Of a stretch of DNA of 64,000 nt, positions 11,015-24,500 are shown piece by piece; position 1 is the stretch's first letter, and the number at the start of each line of letters is the position of its first letter. Location of the stretch: the NCBI RefSeq assembly GCF_009914755.1, contig NC_060943.1; one strand, 5' to 3'. The translations under genes were made by a program, and so were the position numbers. This stretch comes from the human T2T-CHM13v2.0 reference genome, Homo sapiens. The notes under the pieces are model-generated. The model was given only the letters and a program-made list of their open reading frames with translations, ran no database searches and had not been told where the DNA came from.

Positions 11015-14000
11015 CATGCTCAGAAACTGCTGTGTGATGTGTGCATTCAACTCACAGAGTTGAACCTTCCTTTTGAGAGAGACGTTTTGAAACAGTCTTT
11101 TTGTAGTATGTACAGGTGGATATTTTTGGTGATTTGAGGTCTAAGATGGAAAAGGAAATACCTTCACCTACAAACTAGACAGAAGCATTCTCAGAAACTG
11201 CTTTGTGATGTGTGCATTAAACTTACAGACTTGAAACCTTATTTTGATAGAGCAGTGTTGAAACACACTTTTTATAGAATCTGCAAGTGTTCATTTGGAG
11301 AGCTTTGTTGCCTGTGGTGGAAAAAGAAATGTGTTCACATACAAACTAGAAAGAAGCCTTCTCAGAAACTCCTTTGAGATGTTTGTGTCCAATTCACAAA
11401 GTTGAACCTTTCTTTTGATAGAGCAGATTTGAAACACTGCTTTTGTAGAATCTGCTTGCATGTATTTGGAGGTCTTTGAGGAATTGGGCGTATACGGGAT
11501 ATCTTCACATACAAATTACACAGAAGCATTCTCAGAAACTGCTCTGTGATGTGTGCATTCAACTAACAGAGTTGAAACTTTCTTTGGAGAAAGCAGTTCT
11601 GAAACAGTCTTTTTGTAGTATCTGCAAGTGGATACTTGGAGCGATTTGAGGCCTATGATGGAAAAGGAAATATGTTCACTTACAAACTAGACAGAAGCAT
11701 TCTCAGAAACTGCTTTGTGATGTGTGTGTTCAATTCACAGGGTTGACTCTTTCTTTTGATTGAGCAGTTTTGAACCACCTGTTTTGTAGAATCTGCTTGT
11801 GGATATTTGTAGCTCTTGGAGGAATTCTTTGTAAAAGGGATATCTTCACATACACACTAGTCAGAAGCATTCTCAGAAACTTCTTTGTGATGTGTGAATT
11901 GAACTCACAGAGTTGAACCTTCCTTTTGAGAGAGCCGTTTTGAAACAATCTTTTTGAAGTATCTTCAATTGGATGTTTGTAGTGATTTGAGGCCTAAGAT
12001 GGAATAGGAAATATCTTCACATACAATCTAGACAGAAGCACTCTCAGAAGCTGCTTGGTGATGTCTGCATTCAACTCACAGACTTGAACCCTTGTTTTGA
12101 AAGAGCAGTGTTGAAACACACATTTTGTACGATCTGCAAGTGTTCATTTGGAACGCTGTTGTGCCTATGGTGGATAAAGAAATATCTTCACATAAATACT
12201 AGAAAGTAGCATTCTCAGAAACTGCTTTGTGATGTGTGCATTCAACTCACAGAGTTGCACCTTCCTTTTGAGAGAGAGGTTTTGAAACAGTCTTTTTGTA
12301 GTATCTGCAAGTGGATATTTTTAGTGATTTGAGGTCTAAGATGGAAAAGGAAATACCTTCACCTACAAACTAGACAGAAGCATTCTCAGAAACTGCTTTG
12401 TGATGTGTGCATTAAACTTACAGACTTGAAACTTTATTTTGATAGAGCAGTGTTGAAACACACTTTTTATAGAATCTGCAAGTGTTCATTTGGAGAGCTT
12501 TGTTGCCTGTGGTGGAAAAAGGAATATGTTCACCTAGAAACTAGAAAGAAGCCTTCTCAGAAACTCCTTTGAGATGTTTGTGTCCAATTCACAAAGTTGA
12601 ACCTTTCTTTTGATAGAGCAGATTTGAAACACTGCTTTTGTAGAATCTGCTTGCGGATATTTGGCGGTCTTTTAGGAATTGGGCGTATACGGGAGATCTT
12701 CACATACAAGTTACACAGAAGCATTCTCAGAAACTGCTTTGTGATGTGTGCATTCAACTCACAGAGTTGAAACTTTCTTTTGAGAAAGCAGTTTTGAAAC
12801 AGTCTTTTTGTAGTATCTGCAAGTGGATATTTGGAGCGATTTGAGGCCTATGATGGAAAAGGAAATATGTTCACATACAAACTAGACAGAAGCGTTCTGA
12901 GAAACTGCTTTGTGATGTGTGCATTCACCTCACAGAGTGGAACCTTTCTTTGGATAGAGCAGTTTTGAAACAGTCTTTCTCTAGTATCTGCAAGTGTTCA
13001 TTTTGAGCGCTTTGAGGCCCATGATGGAAAAGGAAATATTTTCACATAAAAACTAGACAGAAGCTTTCTCAGGAACTTCATTGAGATGTGTGCATTAAAG
13101 TAACTGAGTTGAATACGTCTTTTGATAGAGCAGTATTGAAACACTTCTTTTGTAGAATCTGCCTGTGGATATCTGGAACTCTTTGAAGAATTCTTTGGAA
13201 ACGGCTATCTTCACATAAAAAGTAGACCCAAGCATTCACAGAACGTTCTTTGTGACATGTACATTGGACTCCCAGACTTGAAACTTTCTTTTGATAGAGC
13301 AGTGTTGGAACACACTTTTTGTAGAATCTTCATGTGTTCGTTTGGAGTGCTCTGTTGCCTATGGTGGAAAAAGGAATATCTTCACCTAAAAACCAGACAG
13401 AAGCATTCTCAGAGACTGCTTTGTGATGTGTGTGTTCAATTCGCAGAGTTGAAAGTTGCTTTGGATAGAGCAGTTTTGAAACACTGCTTTTGTAGAATCT
13501 GCTTGTTGCTATTGGGGGCTCTTTGAGGAATTTGTTGTAAACGGGATATCTTCACATACAAAGTAGACAGAAGCATTCTCAGAAACTGCTCTGTGATGTG
13601 TGCATTCAACTCACAGAGTTGAACCTTCCTTTTGCGAGAGCTGTTTTGAAGCAGTCTTTTTGTGGTATCTGCAATTGGATATTTGGATCGATTTGAGGCC
13701 TAAGATGGAAAAGGAAATATCTTCACATACAAACTAGACAGAAGCATTCTCAGACACTGCGTTGTGATGTGTGCATTCAACTCACAGAGTTGAACCTTCC
13801 TTTTGAGAGCAGTTTTGAAACAGTCTTTTTGAAGTATCTGCAAGTGGATGTTTGGAGAGATTTGAGGCCTAAGATGGAAAAGGATATATCTTCACCTAAA
13901 AACTAGGCAGAAGCATTCTCAGAAACTGCTTTGTGATGTGGGGATTCAACTCACAGGCTTGAAACTTTCTTTTGATAGAGCAGGGTTGAAACACACTTTT

Positions 14001-16298
14001 TGTAGAATCTGCAAGTGTTCATTTGGAGTGCTTTCTTGCCCATGGTGGAAAAAGAAATATCTTCACGTAAAAACTAGACAGAAACATTCTCAGAAAATAC
14101 TTTGTGATGTGGTTGTTCAATTCACAGGGTTGAACCTTTCTTTAGATAAAGCAGTTTTGAAACACTGCTTTTGTAGAATCTTCTTGTGGATATTTGGAGC
14201 TGTTTGAGGAATTCGTTTTAAACGGGATATCTTCACATTCAAACTAGTCAGAAGCATTCTCAGAAACTGGTTTGTGATGTGTGCATTCTACTCACAGAGT
14301 TGAACCTTCCTTTTGAGAGAGCAGTTTTGAAACAATCTTTTTGTATTCTCTACAAGTGGATACTTGGAGCAATGGGAGGACTAAGATTGAAAAGGAAATA
14401 TCTTCACGGCCAAACTTGACAGAAGCTTTCTCAGAATCTGCTTTGTGATGTGTGCATTTACCTCACAGAGTGGAACCGTCCTTTTGATAGAGCAGTTCTG
14501 AAACAGTCTTTTTGTAGGATCTGCGAGTGTTCATTTTGGAGCGCTTTTAAGCCTTTGGCGGAAAAGGAAATATCTTCACAAAAAAACTAGACAGAGGCAT
14601 GCTCAGGAACTTCACTGAGATGTGTGCATTCAAGTAACTGAGTTGAATCTGCCTTTTGATAGAGCAGAATTGAAACACTCCTTTTGTAGAATCTGCTTGT
14701 GGATATTTGGAACTCTTTCAGGAGTTCGTTGGCAGCTGGTATCTTCACAAAAAAAGGAGACCCAAGGATTCTCAAAAAGTTCCTTGAGATGTGTGCCTTA
14801 AACTCACAGACTTCAAACTTTCTTTTGAGAGATCAGTGTTGGAACACGCTTTTTGTAGAATCTGCAAGTGTTCATTTAGTGCGCTTTGTTGCCTATGGTG
14901 GAAAAAGAAATATCTTCAAATGAAAACTAGACAGAAACATTCTCAGAAACTCCTTTGTGAAGTGTGTGTCAAATTCACAGAATTGAAATATTCCTTTGAT
15001 AGCGCAGCTTTGAAACACCGCTTTTATAGGATCTGCTTGTGGATATCTGGAGCTCTTTGAGGAATTTGTTGTAAACGGGATATCTTCACATACAAAGTAG
15101 ACAGAAGCATTCTCAGAAACTGCTTTGTGATGTGTGCATTCCAATCACAGACTTCAACCTTTCTTTTGAAAGAGCAGTGTTCAAACACACATTTTGTAGG
15201 ATGTGCAAGTGTTCACTTGGAGCGCTTTTTTGCCTATGGTGGAAAAAGAAATATCTTCACATAAATACTAGACAGAAGCATTCTCAGAAACGCCTTAGTG
15301 ATGTGTTTGTTCTATTCAGAGAGTTGAACCTTTCTTTTGATAGAGCAGTTTTGATACACTGCTTCTGTAGAATCTGCTTGTGGATATTTGGAGCTCTTTG
15401 AGGAATTCGTTGTAAACGGGATATCTTCACATACAAACTAGACAGAAGCATTCTCAGAAACTGCTTTGTGGTGTGTGCATTCAACTCACAGAGTTGAACC
15501 TTCCTTCTGAGAGAGCAGTTTTTAAACAGTCTCTTTGAAATATCTGCAAGTGGATATTTGGAGCGATGGGAAGTCTAAGTTTGAAAAGGAAATATCCTCA
15601 CATACAAACTAGACAGAAGCAATCTCATTAACTGCTTTGCGATGTGTGCATTCAGCTCACAGAGTTGAACCTTCCTTTTGAGAGAGCAGTTTTGAAACAG
15701 TTTTTTGTAGTATCCTCAAGTGGATATATGGAGCGATGTGAGGCTTAAGATGGAAACGGGAATATCTTCACATGCAAACTAGAAAGAAGCATTCTCAGAA
15801 ACTGCTTTGTGATGGGTGCATTCAACTCAGAGACTTGAACATTTCTTTAGACGGAGCAGTGTTGAAACACACATATGCAGAATCTGCAAGAGTTCATTTG
15901 GAGCGCTTTGATGCCTATGGTGGAAAAAGAAATATCTTCACATAAAGACTAGAAAGAAGCGTTCTCCGAAACTCCTTTGTGATATATGTGTTCAGTTCAC
16001 AGAGTTGAACCTTTCTTTTGATTGAGCAGTTTTGAAACACTGCTTTTCTAGAATCTGCTTTTGGATATTTGAAGCTCTTTGACGAATTCACTGTCAATGT
16101 TATATCTTCACATACAAACTAGACAGAAGCATTCTCAGAAACTGCTTTTTGATGTGTGCATTCAACACACGGAGTTGAACCTTCCTTCTGAGAACAGTTT
16201 TGAAGCAGTCTTTTTGTGGTATCTGCAAGTCGATATTTGGAACGATTTGAGGCCTATGAGGGAAAAGGAACTATCTTCACATACAAACTAGACAGAAG
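11015..16298. repeat. HOR unit U3, 31-mer type A (5,284 bp)
   Basis: Spacing 11730 to 17014 = 5,284. The final monomer is an m31/m32 hybrid. Confidence 0.95.
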
Positions 16299-19200
16299 CA
16301 TGCTCAGAAACTGCTGTGTGATGTGTGCATTCAACTCACAGAGTTGAACCTTCCTTTTGAGAGAGACGTTTTGAAACAGTCTTTTTGTAGTATGTACAGG
16401 TGGATATTTTTGGTGATTTGAGGTCTAAGATGGAAAAGGAAATACCTTCACCTACAAACTAGACAGAAGCATTCTCAGAAACTGCTTTGTGATGTGTGCA
16501 TTAAACTTACAGACTTGAAACCTTATTTTGATAGAGCAGTGTTGAAACACACTTTTTATAGAATCTGCAAGTGTTCATTTGGAGAGCTTTGTTTCCTGTG
16601 GTGGAAAAAGAAATGTGTTCACATACAAACTAGAAAGAAGCCTTCTCAGAAACTCCTTTGAGATGTTTGTGTCTAATTCACAAAGTTGAACCTTTCTTTT
16701 GATAGAGCAGATTTGAAACACTGCTTTTGTAGAATCTGCTTGCGTGTATTTGGAGGTCTTTGAGGAATTGGGCGTATATGGGATATCTTCACATACAAAT
16801 TACACAGAAGCATTCTCAGAAACTGCTCTGTGATGTGTGCATTCAACTAACAGAGTTGAAACTTTCTTTGGAGAAAGCAGTTCTGAAACAGTCTTTTTGT
16901 AGTATCTGCAAGTGGATACTTGGAGCGATTTGAGGCCTATGATGGAAAAGGAAATATGTTCACTTACAAACTAGACAGAAGCATTCTCAGAAACTGCTTT
17001 GTGATGTGTGTGTTCAATTCACAGGGTTGACTCTTTCTTTTGATTGAGCAGTTTTGAACCACCTGTTTTGTAGAATCTGCTTGTGGATATTTGTAGCTCT
17101 TGGAGGAATTCTTTGTAAAAGGGATATCTTCACATACACACTAGTCAGAAGCATTCTCAGAAACTTCTTTGTGATGTGTGAATTGAACTCACAGAGTTGA
17201 ACCTTCCTTTTGAGAGAGCCGTTTTGAAACAATCTTTTTGAAGTATCTTCAATTGGATGTTTGTAGTGATTTGAGGCCTAAGATGGAATAGGAAATATCT
17301 TCACATACAATCTAGACAGAAGCACTCTCAGAAGCTGCTTGGTGATGTCTGCATTCAACTCACAGACTTGAACCCTTGTTTTGCAAGAGCAGTGTTGAAA
17401 CACACATTTTGTACGATCTGCAAGTGTTCATTTGGAACGCTGTTGTGCCTATGGTGGATAAAGAAATATCTTCACATAAATACTAGAAAGTAGCATTCTC
17501 AGAAACTGCTTTGTGATGTGTGCATTCAACTCACAGAGTTGCACCTTCCTTTTGAGAGAGAGGTTTTGAAACAGTCTTTTTGTAGTATCTGCAAGTGGAT
17601 ATTTTTAGTGATTTGAGGTCTAAGATGGAAAAGGAAATACCTTCACCTACAAACTAGACAGAAGCATTCTCAGAAACTGCTTTGTGATGTGTGCATTAAA
17701 CTTACAGACTTGAAACTTTATTTTGATAGAGCAGTGTTGAAACACACTTTTTATAGAATCTGCAAGTGTTCATTTGGAGAGCTTTGTTGCCTGTGGTGGA
17801 AAAAGGAATATGTTCACCTAGAAACTAGAAAGAAGCCTTCTCAGAAACTCCTTTGAGATGTTTGTGTCCAATTCACAAAGTTGAACCTTTCTTTTGATAG
17901 AGCAGATTTGAAACACTGCTTTTGTAGAATCTGCTTGCGGATATTTGGCGGTCTTTTAGGAATTGGGCGTATACGGGAGATCTTCACATACAAGTTACAC
18001 AGAAGCATTCTCAGAAACTGCTTTGTGATGTGTGCATTCAACTCACAGAGTTGAAACTTTCTTTTGAGAAAGCAGTTTTGAAACAGTCTTTTTGTAGTAT
18101 CTGCAAGTGGATATTTGGAGCGATTTGAGGCCTATGATGGAAAAGGAAATATGTTCACATACAAACTAGACAGAAGCGTTCTGAGAAACTGCTTTGTGAT
18201 GTGTGCATTCACCTCACAGAGTGGAACCTTTCTTTGGATAGAGCAGTTTTGAAACAGTCTTTCTCTAGTATCTGCAAGTGTTCATTTTGAGCGCTTTGAG
18301 GCCCATGATGGAAAAGGAAATATTTTCACATAAAAACTAGACAGAAGCTTTCTCAGGAACTTCATTGAGATGTGTGCATTAAAGTAACTGAGTTGAATAC
18401 GTCTTTTGATAGAGCAGTATTGAAACACTTCTTTTGTAGAATCTGCCTGTGGATATCTGGAACTCTTTGAAGAATTCTTTGGAAACGGCTATCTTCACAT
18501 AAAAAGTAGACCCAAGCATTCACAGAACGTTCTTTGTGACATGTACATTGGACTCCCAGACTTGAAACTTTCTTTTGATAGAGCAGTGTTGGAACACACT
18601 TTTTGTAGAATCTTCATGTGTTCGTTTGGAGTGCTCTGTTGCCTATGGTGGAAAAAGGAATATCTTCACCTAAAAACCAGACAGAAGCATTCTCAGAGAC
18701 TGCTTTGTGATGTGTGTGTTCAATTCGCAGAGTTGAAAGTTGCTTTGGATAGAGCAGTTTTGAAACACTGCTTTTGTAGAATCTGCTTGTTGCTATTGGG
18801 GGCTCTTTGAGGAATTTGTTGTAAACGGGATATCTTCACATACAAAGTAGACAGAAGCATTCTCAGAAACTGCTCTGTGATGTGTGCATTCAACTCACAG
18901 AGTTGAACCTTCCTTTTGCGAGAGCTGTTTTGAAGCAGTCTTTTTGTGGTATCTGCAATTGGATATTTGGATCGATTTGAGGCCTAAGATGGAAAAGGAA
19001 ATATCTTCACATACAAACTAGACAGAAGCATTCTCAGACACTGCGTTGTGATGTGTGCATTCAACTCACAGAGTTGAACCTTCCTTTTGAGAGCAGTTTT
19101 GAAACAGTCTTTTTGAAGTATCTGCAAGTGGATGTTTGGAGAGATTTGAGGCCTAAGATGGAAAAGGATATATCTTCACCTAAAAACTAGGCAGAAGCAT

Positions 19201-21582
19201 TCTCAGAAACTGCTTTGTGATGTGGGGATTCAACTCACAGGCTTGAAACTTTCTTTTGATAGAGCAGGGTTGAAACACACTTTTTGTAGAATCTGCAAGT
19301 GTTCATTTGGAGTGCTTTCTTGCCCATGGTGGAAAAAGAAATATCTTCACGTAAAAACTAGACAGAAACATTCTCAGAAAATACTTTGTGATGTGGTTGT
19401 TCAATTCACAGGGTTGAACCTTTCTTTAGATAAAGCAGTTTTGAAACACTGCTTTTGTAGAATCTTCTTGTGGATATTTGGAGCTGTTTGAGGAATTCGT
19501 TTTAAACGGGATATCTTCACATTCAAACTAGTCAGAAGCATTCTCAGAAACTGGTTTGTGATGTGTGCATTCTACTCACAGAGTTGAACCTTCCTTTTGA
19601 GAGAGCAGTTTTGAAACAATCTTTTTGTATTCTCTACAAGTGGATACTTGGAGCAATGGGAGGACTAAGATTGAAAAGGAAATATCTTCACGGCCAAACT
19701 TGACAGAAGCTTTCTCAGAATCTGCTTTGTGATGTGTGCATTTACCTCACAGAGTGGAACCGTCCTTTTGATAGAGCAGTTCTGAAACAGTCTTTTTGTA
19801 GGATCTGCGAGTGTTCATTTTGGAGCGCTTTTAAGCCTTTGGCGGAAAAGGAAATATCTTCACAAAAAAACTAGACAGAGGCATGCTCAGGAACTTCACT
19901 GAGATGTGTGCATTCAAGTAACTGAGTTGAATCTGCCTTTTGATAGAGCAGAATTGAAACACTCCTTTTGTAGAATCTGCTTGTGGATATTTGGAACTCT
20001 TTCAGGAGTTCGTTGGCAGCTGGTATCTTCACAAAAAAAGGAGACCCAAGGATTCTCAAAAAGTTCCTTGAGATGTGTGCCTTAAACTCACAGACTTCAA
20101 ACTTTCTTTTGAGAGATCAGTGTTGGAACACGCTTTTTGTAGAATCTGCAAGTGTTCATTTAGTGCGCTTTGTTGCCTATGGTGGAAAAAGAAATATCTT
20201 CAAATGAAAACTAGACAGAAACATTCTCAGAAACTCCTTTGTGAAGTGTGTGTCAAATTCACAGAATTGAAATATTCCTTTGATAGCGCAGCTTTGAAAC
20301 ACCGCTTTTATAGGATCTGCTTGTGGATATCTGGAGCTCTTTGAGGAATTTGTTGTAAACGGGATATCTTCACATACAAAGTAGACAGAAGCATTCTCAG
20401 AAACTGCTTTGTGATGTGTGCATTCCAATCACAGACTTCAACCTTTCTTTTGAAAGAGCAGTGTTCAAACACACATTTTGTAGGATGTGCAAGTGTTCAC
20501 TTGGAGCGCTTTTTTGCCTATGGTGGAAAAAGAAATATCTTCACATAAATACTAGACAGAAGCATTCTCAGAAACGCCTTAGTGATGTGTTTGTTCTATT
20601 CAGAGAGTTGAACCTTTCTTTTGATAGAGCAGTTTTGATACACTGCTTCTGTAGAATCTGCTTGTGGATATTTGGAGCTCTTTGAGGAATTCGTTGTAAA
20701 CGGGATATCTTCACATACAAACTAGACAGAAGCATTCTCAGAAACTGCTTTGTGGTGTGTGCATTCAACTCACAGAGTTGAACCTTCCTTCTGAGAGAGC
20801 AGTTTTTAAACAGTCTCTTTGAAATATCTGCAAGTGGATATTTGGAGCGATGGGAAGTCTAAGTTTGAAAAGGAAATATCCTCACATACAAACTAGACAG
20901 AAGCAATCTCATTAACTGCTTTGCGATGTGTGCATTCAGCTCACAGAGTTGAACCTTCCTTTTGAGAGAGCAGTTTTGAAACAGTTTTTTGTAGTATCCT
21001 CAAGTGGATATATGGAGCGATGTGAGGCTTAAGATGGAAACGGGAATATCTTCACATGCAAACTAGAAAGAAGCATTCTCAGAAACTGCTTTGTGATGGG
21101 TGCATTCAACTCAGAGACTTGAACATTTCTTTAGACGGAGCAGTGTTGAAACACACATATGCAGAATCTGCAAGAGTTCATTTGGAGCGCTTTGATGCCT
21201 ATGGTGGAAAAAGAAATATCTTCACATAAAGACTAGAAAGAAGCGTTCTCCGAAACTCCTTTGTGATATATGTGTTCAGTTCACAGAGTTGAACCTTTCT
21301 TTTGATTGAGCAGTTTTGAAACACTGCTTTTCTAGAATCTGCTTTTGGATATTTGAAGCTCTTTGACGAATTCACTGTCAATGTTATATCTTCACATACA
21401 AACTAGACAGAAGCATTCTCAGAAACTGCTTTTTGATGTGTGCATTCAACACACGGAGTTGAACCTTCCTTCTGAGAACAGTTTTGAAGCAGTCTTTTTG
21501 TGGTATCTGCAAGTCGATATTTGGAACGATTTGAGGCCTATGAGGGAAAAGGAACTATCTTCACATACAAACTAGACAGAAG
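16299..21582. repeat. HOR unit U4, 31-mer type A
   Basis: Spacing 17014 to 22298 = 5,284. Hybrid final monomer. Confidence 0.95.
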
Positions 21583-24500
21583 CATGCTCAGAAACTGCTG
21601 TGTGATGTGTGCATTCAACTCACAGAGTTGAACCTTCCTTTTGAGAGAGACGTTTTGAAACAGTCTTTTTGTAGTATGTACAGGTGGATATTTTTGGTGA
21701 TTTGAGGTCTAAGATGGAAAAGGAAATACCTTCACCTACAAACTAGACAGAAGCATTCTCAGAAACTGCTTTGTGATGTGTGCATTAAACTTACAGACTT
21801 GAAACCTTATTTTGATAGAGCAGTGTTGAAACACACTTTTTATAGAATCTGCAAGTGTTCATTTGGAGAGCTTTGTTTCCTGTGGTGGAAAAAGAAATGT
21901 GTTCACATACAAACTAGAAAGAAGCCTTCTCAGAAACTCCTTTGAGATGTTTGTGTCTAATTCACAAAGTTGAACCTTTCTTTTGATAGAGCAGATTTGA
22001 AACACTGCTTTTGTAGAATCTGCTTGCGTGTATTTGGAGGTCTTTGAGGAATTGGGCGTATATGGGATATCTTCACATACAAATTACACAGAAGCATTCT
22101 CAGAAACTGCTCTGTGATGTGTGCATTCAACTAACAGAGTTGAAACTTTCTTTGGAGAAAGCAGTTCTGAAACAGTCTTTTTGTAGTATCTGCAAGTGGA
22201 TACTTGGAGCGATTTGAGGCCTATGATGGAAAAGGAAATATGTTCACTTACAAACTAGACAGAAGCATTCTCAGAAACTGCTTTGTGATGTGTGTGTTCA
22301 ATTCACAGGGTTGACTCTTTCTTTTGATTGAGCAGTTTTGAACCACCTGTTTTGTAGAATCTGCTTGTGGATATTTGTAGCTCTTGGAGGAATTCTTTGT
22401 AAAAGGGATATCTTCACATACACACTAGTCAGAAGCATTCTCAGAAACTTCTTTGTGATGTGTGAATTGAACTCACAGAGTTGAACCTTCCTTTTGAGAG
22501 AGCCGTTTTGAAACAATCTTTTTGAAGTATCTTCAATTGGATGTTTGTAGTGATTTGAGGCCTAAGATGGAATAGGAAATATCTTCACATACAATCTAGA
22601 CAGAAGCACTCTCAGAAGCTGCTTGGTGATGTCTGCATTCAACTCACAGACTTGAACCCTTGTTTTGCAAGAGCAGTGTTGAAACACACATTTTGTACGA
22701 TCTGCAAGTGTTCATTTGGAACGCTGTTGTGCCTATGGTGGATAAAGAAATATCTTCACATAAATACTAGAAAGTAGCATTCTCAGAAACTGCTTTGTGA
22801 TGTGTGCATTCAACTCACAGAGTTGCACCTTCCTTTTGAGAGAGAGGTTTTGAAACAGTCTTTTTGTAGTATCTGCAAGTGGATATTTTTAGTGATTTGA
22901 GGTCTAAGATGGAAAAGGAAATACCTTCACCTACAAACTAGACAGAAGCATTCTCAGAAACTGCTTTGTGATGTGTGCATTAAACTTACAGACTTGAAAC
23001 TTTATTTTGATAGAGCAGTGTTGAAACACACTTTTTATAGAATCTGCAAGTGTTCATTTGGAGAGCTTTGTTGCCTGTGGTGGAAAAAGGAATATGTTCA
23101 CCTAGAAACTAGAAAGAAGCCTTCTCAGAAACTCCTTTGAGATGTTTGTGTCCAATTCACAAAGTTGAACCTTTCTTTTGATAGAGCAGATTTGAAACAC
23201 TGCTTTTGTAGAATCTGCTTGCGGATATTTGGCGGTCTTTGAGGAATTGGGCGTATACGGGAGATCTTCACCTACAAGTTACACAGAAGCATTCTCAGAA
23301 ACTGCTTTGTGATGTGCGCATTCAACTCACAGAGTTGAAACTTTCTTTTGAGAAAGCAGTTTTGAAACAGTCTTTTTGTAGTATCTGCAAGTGGATATTT
23401 GCAGCGATTTGAGGCCTATGATGGAAAAGGAAATATGTTCACATACAAACTAGACAGAAGCGTTCTCAGAAACTGCTTTGTGATGTGTGCATTCACCTCA
23501 CAGAGTGGAACCGTTCTTTGGATAGAGCAGTTTTGAAACAGTCTTTCTCTAGTATCTGCAAGTGTTCATTTTGAGCGCTTTGAGGCCCATGATGGAAAAG
23601 GAAATATTTTCACATAAAAACTAGACAGAAGCTTTCTCAGGACCTTCACTGAGATGTGTGCATTAAAGTAACTGAGTGGAATACGTCTTTTGATAGAGCA
23701 GTATTGAAACACTTCTTTTGTAGAATCTGCCTGTGGATATCTGGAACTCTTTGAAGAATTCTTTGGAAACGGCTATCTTCACATAAAAAGTAGACCCAAG
23801 CATTCACAGAACGTTCTTTGTGACATGTACATTGGACTCCCAGACTTGAAACTTTCTTTTGATAGAGCAGTGTTGGAACACACTTTTTGTAGAATCTTCA
23901 TGTGTTCGTTTGGAGTGCTCTGTTGCCTATGGTGGAAAAAGGAATATCTTCACCTAAAAACCAGACAGAAGCATTCTCAGAGACTGCTTTGTGATGTGTG
24001 TGTTCAATTCGCAGAGTTGAAAGTTGCTTTTGATAGAGCAGTTTTGAAACACTGCTTTTGTAGAATCTGCTTGTTGCTATTGGGGGCTCTTTGAGGAATT
24101 TGTTGTAAACGGGATATCTTCACATACAAAGTAGACAGAAGCATTCTCAGAAACTGCTCTGTGATGTGTGCATTCAACTCACAGAGTTGAACCTTCCTTT
24201 TGCGAGAGCTGTTTTGAAGCAGTCTTTTTGTGGTATCTGCAATTGGATATTTGGATCGATTTGAGGTCTAAGATGGAAAAGGAAATATCTTCACATACAA
24301 ACTAGACAGAAGCATTCTCAGACACTGCGTTGTGATGTGTGCATTCAACTCACAGAGTTGAACCTTCCTTTTGAGAGCAGTTTTGAAACAGTCTTTTTGA
24401 AGTATCTGCAAGTGGATGTTTGGAGAGATTTGAGGCCTAAGATGGAAAAGGATATATCTTCACCTAAAAACTAGGCAGAAGCATTCTCAGAAACTGCTTT

